Positions 55,246 through 64,000 of a stretch of DNA of 64,000 bases are shown here, in pieces (the stretch's first letter is position 1; every line of letters begins with the position of its first letter). The translations under genes and the position numbers were made by a program. The notes under the pieces were generated by a model. That model was not told the DNA's origin and searched no databases. It was given only the letters and a program-made list of their open reading frames with translations. The DNA comes from Lama glama (Eukaryota): positions 12,588,001-12,652,000 of the forward strand of contig CM052816.1 of NCBI GenBank assembly GCA_028534125.1, written 5' to 3'.

Positions 55246-55822
55246 TAAGTAATTTTTTGTAGTCCCATAGGTAGCACGGTGCTTGATGCAGCTGGTACTC
55301 ACCGAAATGGGACAAATAAGTGAATGCTAATGCAATAAGCGTAATGACAAAATGAGGGGTGGGTGAGGTAGCTCAAGGGGTTGAAATACATGTGGAGTAA
55401 AATAGAATCAAGTGTCAGGCTCTAGAGAAAGATGTATGTTGAGGATGAAAAGCCAGACCACTCAGTAAACAGTGTAAAGCATGGACTCTGAAGATATTGG
55501 TTCTGATCTTGATTAATTCATTCATTTTTATCACTGATCGAATTTTACTGAACACCTCTCATTTGCCAGGCACTGTTCCTGTTTGTCAATGAACAAGACC
55601 ACTGTGCCCTCGTGGGGCTTATTCCTACGGGGATGGGACAGCAATATTGCATTCTAGTTCTAGCTGGATGTGTGACATCAGACAAGTCCCACAAGTCGTC
55701 TGGGTCTAACTTCCTCATCTGTAAAATGAGATGCACGCGGCAGCAGGGACAAAGTGGTACTTTCCCTTATTACATTCCTAAAGATGTGAAAATTAAATGT
55801 AAATATAGAAGGAGAACATCAG

Positions 55823-55840
55823 AGGCCACTAGGGGGCAAA
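55823..55840 (+). promoter_or_regulatory. CTCF motif
   Basis: AGGCCACTAGGGGGCAAA is a near-consensus CTCF core. Confidence 0.65.
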
Positions 55841-56289
55841 ATGAGCACGGCATGAACATTCTAGTGAGGTGACGTTCTAAAAACCAAAACGAGTCGTCCT
55901 TGTTTGCATCGGGATAAATAGCAAATGTCGTAGATCATTATGCGTAGAGAAAGAGCTCTAAAGAATAGTTATCCAAATGTGTTTTATTCTATGAATAATG
56001 TATTTGATTTAGAGACCACGTTTTTCTGAGGCATAATGTTATATAAACAAAATACTTCATTAGTAATTGAATAACATTGTTAAATGCATATAATAAGCCA
56101 TGTCTACGGAACCACAAGACACCAACCAACATATCCAGTCTTGAAGCAGTCTCACATGTCAAGATCTAATACGTAGGATTCTTTCATCATCTTTCACATC
56201 TTCATTTCTTCATCGATACCCATATGCACCTGTCTCTCTGATTATAACAGAAAACATATGCTATCCTTTTTCCCATTTGGATGCCATTG

Positions 56290-57275
56290 GGGACTGGTAG
56301 TTTTAAAACATACAAAAAGTCTTTGACAGTCTTCTATCAAAAGTTGGAGTCTAATTTCCTTTTCTTTGAAAATGGACCAACTGTCCTGACTTGCTTCTAG
56401 CCAATAGAACGCATCAGAAGTGACGCTCTGTGGCTGCCGAGGATGGTGTAGAAATGGTGATTGATAAACAGCTTCTGACTGGTGCTGTCTCTCAGGATGC
56501 TCTTCCCAGAGTCCAGCCACTGTGTTCTGAGGGAGCCTATTGCCATATGCAAAGACCTCATCTAGGTGTGCTGGTTGACAGCACCCGCTAAGCTCCTAAC
56601 CTACAGCGATCACCAGCAGTTGGACACGCGAATGAGTGAGCTCTCAGCTGATTCCAATGAGCAGCCTTTGAGCCCCCCAGCTGGAGCCGTGTGGGGCAGA
56701 GATGAGCCATCCTTGCCGAGCCCTGCCCAAATTACAGATTTGGGAAGAAAATTAATGCGAGTATTACTGTTTTAAGCCACCAAGTTTTAAAAAAATTCTA
56801 TTGAATTAAAGATTCTTTAAATTTTATAGCGCTTTATATTTTTCAAAAGCTGTACACATGCGATTTCATATAATCCATTAATAACCCCTATATTGTCCCT
56901 CCCCACATCTCCTCCCCCTCACTGGTAACCACCGACTAGTTTGTTCTCTGTATCTGTGAATCTGCTTCTTTTTTGTTATATTCACTAGTTTGTTGTATTT
57001 TTAAAATTTCATATGTGTGTTAACATACAGTACTTGTCTTTCTCTGACTTATTGCAATTAGCCCTCCAAGTCCATCCATGTTGCTGCAAATGACAAAATT
57101 CCATTATTTTTATGACAGAGTAGTAGTCCATTGTACACATATACACACATCTTCTCTATCCATTCAGCTATTGATGGACACTTAGGTTGTTTCCATGCCT
57201 TGGCAATTGTTAGTAATGCTGCTATGAACATTGTGGTTAAGGTGGGTTTTTAAAAAGCAATAGATAACCAGAGCA
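56290..57275 (+). mobile_element. MaLR solo LTR (MLT1G/H-like) split by the L1 at 56790-57235
   Basis: tgacttgcttctagccaatagaa...cagaagtgac...gagccctgcccaaattacagatt...tgttttaagccaccaagtttt. The terminal ggtggg...agcaatagataaccagagca resumes after the L1. Confidence 0.8.
56790..57235 (-). mobile_element. L1 3' fragment inserted into an MLT1 LTR
   Basis: ctggtaaccac...tagtttgttctctgtatctgtgaatctgcttct...gtccatccatgttgctgcaaatg...gatggacacttaggttgtttccatgccttggc...gctgctatgaacatt. Confidence 0.88.
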
Positions 57276-58089
57276 GGGGATAACCGTCTTTGTGAATACG
57301 ACAGAAGAATTTAAGAACATAAACTGACAACAGATTAGATTAAGTGCTTCTGTGGATTCCCTTTGGCATGGATCCACCTTGACCTATTTAAAAAAAAAAG
57401 ATTCCCAAGATATGCTATCCCTCAGTGCCTGATCCCATGTGCACTAATTCTCAGGAATATGGGATCTTGGAGATAAAGATAAAGACTTCTCAGTTAGGGG
57501 GGTCATTATCATTGACAGCCATTGATAGGCTACTATGAAGTTTCTCCCAAGAAGCAGGTCTGCAAATGAGAGCCTCTTCCTGGCCTGGACCTTCCAGTTC
57601 ACAAACAAGGAATGGCAAGCCAGGCTGGATGGAAACTCAGTAGTAATTTTATGAAGCTGGAAGCACTGGGGAACAGGAGCATTCCTCCAGGCAGATGACT
57701 GAAGAGGGCTAGCTTGCAGCCAACCTGCAGGGCAGACGGACTTTTTCAAGCTTAAAACACAGATAGGCAGACACAGAGTCTGTTTGTTGCATGTAGTGAC
57801 TGGCGCACGTTGGATTCTCAATAAATAATTGCTAAATAAATGAATACATACCACAAACACAGCATTATTCTATGCCCTAGCCCTGGGACACAAAGTGCAT
57901 CTAATATGCCCTCTATCCCAACAGAGCTCGTGCTGTAATTAGACAGTTATAATTACTCACTTATTTACCATCTCATCTTTATTGTCATCTACTATCTGGA
58001 AGTCACAGAAGGATACAATGATGAATCTGACACTAGCCATATTAGCACAAATGATCAAATCCCTCATTCTGATCACCTTTTATTCACTC

Positions 58090-58481
58090 TGTTGGCGAAG
58101 GAGGGTTTAGTGGAACATATAACACTGAACAGTGGACAGATGAGAATAGCAATGGTTTATTAATCACTTGTACTCACAGCCCCTGGGAGGACATTGCAAG
58201 CCATGCAGGTCCACGTGGATGCTACGCTCAGGAAAGAGTGAACCCACAGGGGGTTCACTTTGGGTGGCAGACTTTGGGTGATCCCTGGATCCCAAGGGGT
58301 ATATGATTGGTTTGTTTGAATAATTTTACCAACTTGTAGGAAGGTAAAACCGGGCGGGGCATAGCTGGTGTGGCTGGTAGAACCAGCCAGGTGCACAGCC
58401 TTTCCTTGTGGGTAGGGCACACCTGGCAAGGGCAGAGGAACTCATGGCTAGGCTTTTGGAGCCCCATCAAGGTCAGAAACA
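58090..58481 (-). mobile_element. ERVL-class solo LTR (MER54/MER73/MER74-like)
   Basis: The minus strand begins TGTT and ends AACA, with internal aaattattcaaacaaaccaatca, gggctgtgagta and AATAAA (58161-58156). Confidence 0.7.
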
Positions 58482-60544
58482 TCAAGGCACCCGCTGAGAT
58501 TTAGGTCTTACAACACATCTCTTCACTTCTCCTGGCCTCTGATTCTCACTTGTAAAATCTGAGGGTAGGGAATGAATGATCTCAAGGTTCCTGTCAGTAT
58601 TAATTCTCTTTAATTCTTGTCATGGGAAGTCAGTCAAACGAGAGGTGTTTTGCTCATTTTCTGAGGCACTTGCTGTCTTGATTGTCTGTGAAGACCAGTC
58701 TTTTTTTGTTCAGTTTAGCGATATCTCAGTGAATTCAGGCTAATCTCCTAGGGCTCTCTCAAAGTTTTAACGTCAAGCTAAGATATTTAATTTCCAGGGA
58801 GTGGGAAAGGGAATATAATATAACATTTAGTACAGAAGTCAATTTTGGAATTAACAGGAAGAGCTTTTAGAGAGAGTCCAGCTAAGAAATGATATTTATA
58901 AACCTAAAATCAACTATTCTTTCAAACAATGTTAATCTTTCTAAAATAAAATCTTAGCAAGCAGAAAGAAATGTTTATATTTTACTCCAGAGGGAAAAAC
59001 CCATTATCTCAGACAGCAGGGAATTTGTGGTTATCATTAATTTCTGCAGATTTAGGGCTGCAGAGGAAGAGTCAAAACTATCTTGACTGTTTAATGTAAA
59101 ATCAAAAGGCAAAAATGTGTTTGTCTTTGACTTCCAGATCTAAATTTGCAGAATTGAATGAAAATCATTAAGTTTGATCTCACATGCCTCTGATTGTTTT
59201 AAGATGAAATTATCCTCATTTTAGGAAAAGAGTTTACTTCGTGTTATAATTAGAAATCTGAAGAGCAAAATGTAATATCTAAGTGCATGAAAAACATTAT
59301 GGTTAAGACATAGTAACACTCTCCAGTAACCATAACAGTAAACATTCTACACTCAGAGAACATTCATTCTCCAGCATTTAGGGAAGAATTGAAGAACGGA
59401 AGAATAATGATTAAAGTTTTAAAATAGTGTGTGCTACTTCACAAGGGCATCTAGCTAGGAGCCTCTCCCACATGGTCACCTGGCTTGCACACAGTGGGCT
59501 ACCTCACACTCAGGTGAGACACTGTTACTATCAAGACATTAAAGTGAAAATCAGATCAAGACAAAAAATTAGGATTTTGTAGCTTGGGCACGTGTACGCC
59601 AAAAGGCAAGGTAGAAACTTAAAACAAGAATATTTTCGATTTATATTTAAATTTATTTATAAATTAAATGCTTAAAGCACCCCGAGCAGCATTATCTAGC
59701 CCTGGAAACACTGTCATATAATAAAATAGAGTTTAATACGACATTCTTTATAATAGAAAATAGTTAAACTGCAGTGAAAAGCATGGTAGCTCGAACTGTC
59801 TATAACCGAGAAGGTCATGAAGAATCCTAACAGAAAAATATAAAAAGTGCACTGCCCAAGGTAGTGTAATATATTACACATACAGTGATTTCTAGGCTTT
59901 TCCCTCATTGAAGGTGTAATAAAATCTGATCCCTCAATGACTTTAAGAAACATTACATATTACATTTTTACGGTCATTGTTTTCCTTGGCCAGGACCCTG
60001 CCATTTTCTTTCTTTGCAAATAAACATCTTTGGAAATGTTAGTCATCTTATGCTCTGTTTCCTGGTAAATTAAACTCCATGTATTGAAGAAAGAGAAGAG
60101 AGAAAGGAAGATAAAGCAGAAAGATGAACACATTTTCCTTAGTGTTTGAAATAACATGAAACACATCAAGAAAATCAAATATGGTTAGTGCTGTGCGATT
60201 TTCAAGCACAACTGCTCTAATGAATGTATGAGTTGTTCTGAAACCAGTCGCGTCTGACACCGAAAGGTATTTGTGAGTCTAAAGTCTACAACGCAGACAA
60301 AGCCAGTTTGGAGACTCTGGGGCAGAAGGCGAAGAAAGCATATTTTTAATACACTCCACAGTATCAAAAGGCAAATTATAAAATAATACAGAATCTGTAG
60401 GGAAGCAACAGAATGAATGTGCGTAACTGACCTCAGAAACACATAGTTTCATAAGCCTAATCATTATAGCTTTTAAAAAGTCCTTTCTGGTCGCTGACAA
60501 AATCCTAGTGCTTCTGTGGCTAATTCAGATTCAACAGTGATGAC

Positions 60545-60775
60545 AACGGCAAACATTCACTGAGCACTTGGTCCTGGGCTGTTGGTACTTACACACATTA
60601 GCTCATACAGCCTTCCCGGCAACCACATACAATGAGTATCTGGCTCTCCCACAGCAGAAAGGTGAGGCACAAAGACCTTGAGTAACTCACTGAAGAGTCA
60701 AGGCTAGTAAGTTGTAGAGGATGTAAATCCAGGCAGTCTGGCTGGAGAACATGCTCTCTTTACCATCACACACTA
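60545..60775 (-). mobile_element. MIR SINE
   Basis: aacattcactgagcactt...cacacattagctcat...tgaggcacaaag...gagtaact...aaatccaggcagtctggct. Confidence 0.72.
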
Positions 60776-61049
60776 TTAACTAAACGGCATGACTGATGCA
60801 GGTAGACTTGAACGTTAGGGGACTTGTCATGTGCCCAGTGAGAAGATTACAAAATACATATACATATTTTTAATCAATTTGAACATATATATCTGTACTA
60901 CATTTGGGGATGTAGATATAATTATCAACAGTCTAACTGCAAATTTAACATATTACATATGTATATAACCATATGTTAAGTAAAGCAGTATATTCATTAG
61001 AAATATTGCCTTTTCCCCTATTCACGTTATGTAACAATAATAATACAGT

Positions 61050-61260
61050 CTATTGGTTTAGCACAAGGACTCACAACCTAGACAGTCCGGATTCAAATCT
61101 CAGGTCTACAAGTTATTTAACCAGTTTGTTCTCAGTTTTACTGAGAAAAAACAGAGTACCTACCTCATCAGGTTATTAGGAAAAGTAATTGGGTTCAAAA
61201 GTGCGAAGTTCTTAGGGCAGTGGCAGGCACATAGCAAGTATATACAGGTATTCACTGTTA
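61050..61260 (+). mobile_element. MIR SINE
   Basis: ggtttagcacaaggactc...ggattcaaatctcaggtctac...gtacctacctcatcaggttatt...ggcacatagcaagt. Confidence 0.75.
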
Positions 61261-61813
61261 CATTTTTCAAGTGTACTTTTGGCGCAAGGGGCTTAGTCAT
61301 CACCAGAGCCCAGTCCTCTGATGCTGGGTTTTTTTTACATTATCTCCCAAGGTATGTGCGATATAGAACTTACAGCACTGTCACTGAAATTCTTATTCCA
61401 AACCACAATATCCATCCACCTAACATTAGTAATGCTATTTAAGAGGGTATCTGTGAGCCCTACAGTGGAAACACTTAGAGTGTTTCTTTAAAAATTATCT
61501 TGAAGAGATTTTTTTAAAAAAAAAGCACTTGCAATATGAAGTCAAAATTCTAAGAATAATGATAACATTAGGATTAAATTTCTTTGCCCTTTGAAAACCA
61601 GTTCTGCCTAAAAGCATCCAGTGTTGTTACAGGCAAATCTGTCTTCACAGAAAGGTAATATATTGTTCAAAGTAGAATAATTGAAATAATGGAAGCAGAA
61701 TTTGATGAGGAAATCCTTTTCCAAAGGATAAAGGATATTCTGGGGGGATATTATCATATCTGGGTTGCACAATTAATATTCAAGGATTGTGGAAACAGAT
61801 CTTGGGCACTTAC

Positions 61814-61917
61814 ATTGTTTTTTTTTTTTTCCATCACTGTCAGGTTTCACTGTGGAACCTGACATGATAAGCACATAGCTGCCGAATCCCCACCTCATCC
61901 AGTGCTTGTGGATACAG
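61814..61917 (-). other. Candidate distal non-coding 5'UTR exon of KCTD16
   Basis: Minus-strand acceptor tactttccccgaccttttAG| (intron ends at 61918) and donor aat|GTAAGT (61813-61808) in non-repeat sequence. Alternative acceptors lie slightly upstream (e.g. 61960). No transcript evidence is available. Confidence 0.3.
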
Positions 61918-62866
61918 CTAAAAGGTCGGGGAAAGTACCTGTGTTCAAACCATAATTTTCTGGCACAATTCCCCACGACATATTTACCATAAAACAGAGG
62001 GGAAAGAAGGCAGCTCCAAGATACCGAAGCGCAATTTCAATGCCATCCTAAAAAAGCAGTTTCTTGTATGTTTGTGAAAAAAGTGAAAGTGTTAGTGTGT
62101 GGACTTGCATGGCTATCAAACTAATGAAGAGATACTGCTCTTGATTGGAATATTCTTCCCTTTTTTGTCCCAGGTTCAGTGATTGACATACTAGGTGCCA
62201 GGGAAGGACTAGGCAGCTGTTCCAAACCTGCTCTGTGTTCCATCATCGCTAGACCTGGTTGAGGTTTCCCACTCTGAGGGAAGGCAGCTCAACGCCTTTA
62301 CCAGAGGTCAGCACATTTACCAAATACTCCAGTTTTCTTTAGTATACTTTTCAGGAGGCTATTATGGGCTCTCTGTGTGGGAGGGTGTGGATGCAGCACC
62401 CAAAACAAAAGTTTCCCAAAAGAAAGGCCTTCCTGACTAGCCATGAAATTGACTGATGTTCTCAAAATCCCCAAGGGGCTTCTGCAGGCTACCTTGGCTT
62501 TTGTTTCAAAGTCAAGCAAACAATAAGGAAGATTTAATCATGTAACAATTTTCTTGCTTGGCTTCTCAATCAGGGCAGGGGTTGGAAAGGAAAGAAAATC
62601 AGTAAATATAGGAATTGCTTTCACAGACAGAAGCAGAATTTGAGTAACATTTTTATCTAACAATTCATTCCTAAGCAGGTAATTTTAAACGTTCATATTC
62701 TTGTATTTAGTTCAAATTTGAGAGTAATATCTCTCTGGGACAGGAGAAAAATGGAAACAGGAAACAAGACAGACTAGAATTTTTTTCCACTGTAAGATCA
62801 CTAAGTGATAGATAATTGTATATTGTTGTTAACCAGAAATGGCTTCCTAGACAATATATCTTAAAG

Positions 62867-63012
62867 AGAGTACAGCCATATAATTTATCAGCAAAACTGG
62901 AATATTTTTGAGAGTGAAAAGGGGTCACAATTAATAATTATGCTGGAAAAAAACCAGGCATAAAATGGGACAATCGGGTTGTCTTTAGCAAATCAGGACA
63001 TAGAGTTACTCT
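62867..63012 (+). mobile_element. MER94-like hAT-Blackjack DNA transposon
   Basis: ccatataatttatc...aaactggaatatttttgagagtgaaaagggg...attaataattatgctgg...caggcataaa...gcaaatcaggacata. Confidence 0.75.
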
Positions 63013-63712
63013 ACCTAGAATTCTGCAGATGGTACCTACATCAACAAACTCTAACATTATTGGTAAGAGGTGGTAAATTAGACAGTTGTATGAGCAATTT
63101 CAGACATTCTTTGATGGAGTAGAAAACCTCACAGGGTAGCTGCCTGCTCTTCTTTAGAGCATCCTGCATGGTTTTTGGGTTTGTTGTTGTGTCCTGTTAT
63201 TTTTGTTTGGAGGGGAGTGTGTTTCTTTTTATTTGTTTACTTTATTTTTACTTGTTTGTTTCATGTTGGGGTGTGTGTGTATTTGTGTGCTGAGACAAGT
63301 TTTAATCAGTGAACTTCTATTATCCCTTTGCAAACTGGTCCCAGAGCAACGGCCTGGCTTCTTTTATGAAGACCATGAGATTTTGGCCCCAGCATGTAAT
63401 GCAAGGGCTCACAGTGTAAATTTTAATACTATAAACTTTGAAGACAGTTCTGCTCATGGCATTAGGGTTAGGGTAGTTAGGATTCCTCCACTATGAGAAA
63501 GTGATTTAACACAGAGGCCAGAGCTATCTTCTTTAAAAAGGTAACAATATAATCATGCCACTTATCAATTCATTACCTTCAGTGGCTTCCCTTTTCTTAG
63601 AACCAACACAACGGAATCCCACAAGACACTCTACTTCCTAGCCCTCTTCTGTTGTCCTTGCCTATGTGGCTCCCTTCACTGGCTGCTCCAGTCACCCTGA
63701 CTTCATTTAGAC

Positions 63713-63936
63713 CAGTGAGTTCCAAATTATGATGCTGTCCAAGAGACATTTTGCAATGTCTGGAGACATTTTTAGTTGTCACAGGAGTTGGGTGGGAGAG
63801 GGGAGAAGGGGCGGTGCTGCTGGCATCTAGCAGGTGGATGTCAGGGATGCTCTAAACATCCTAAGTGTACAGGGCACCCCCCCCATAATAATCATTTGGA
63901 CCAAAATGTTATAAGTGCAGAGGCTGAGAAACCCTG
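63713..63936 (+). mobile_element. MER20 hAT-Charlie DNA transposon
   Basis: gacattttgcaatgtctggagacatttttagttgtcac...gtgctgctggcatctag...cagggatgc...taaacatccta...ccaaaatgt...gaggctgagaaaccctg. Degenerate 8-bp TSD atttagac/atttacgc. Confidence 0.9.
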
Positions 63937-64000
63937 ATTTACGCCTTTCCTACACCATGTTTTCCTTAATCCTAGACATTGCATAGGATGTTCTCTCTGC

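Overview
Mammalian genomic DNA, almost certainly camelid, judged from a tRNA-Ala-derived vic-1-type SINE at 28344-28468. The window is AT-rich and repeat-rich and is centred on the 5' part of KCTD16, a GABA-B receptor auxiliary subunit gene on the minus strand. The only credible coding sequence is the first coding exon (CDS 33041->32210, 832 nt, T1/BTB + H1 domains), which ends at a GTAAGT donor. Its acceptor is at 33362/33361. A CpG-island promoter lies at ~34160-34660, and candidate non-coding exons end at 33732 and 61814. Everything left of 32210 is the large intron that precedes the H2-encoding exon, which is not in this window. The rest is ordinary eutherian repeat content (L1, L2, MIR, solo LTRs, hAT elements, microsatellites). 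I found no convincing previously undescribed multi-gene system. The points worth follow-up are regulatory or structural: five uORFs in the KCTD16 leader, an open read-through frame giving a possible H2-less isoform, a near-perfect p53-family element inside a hairpin, a divergent pair of strong CTCF motifs, and a TSD-flanked polyadenylated insert of unknown origin. Repeat families were assigned by eye from remembered consensus sequences and their boundaries are approximate.
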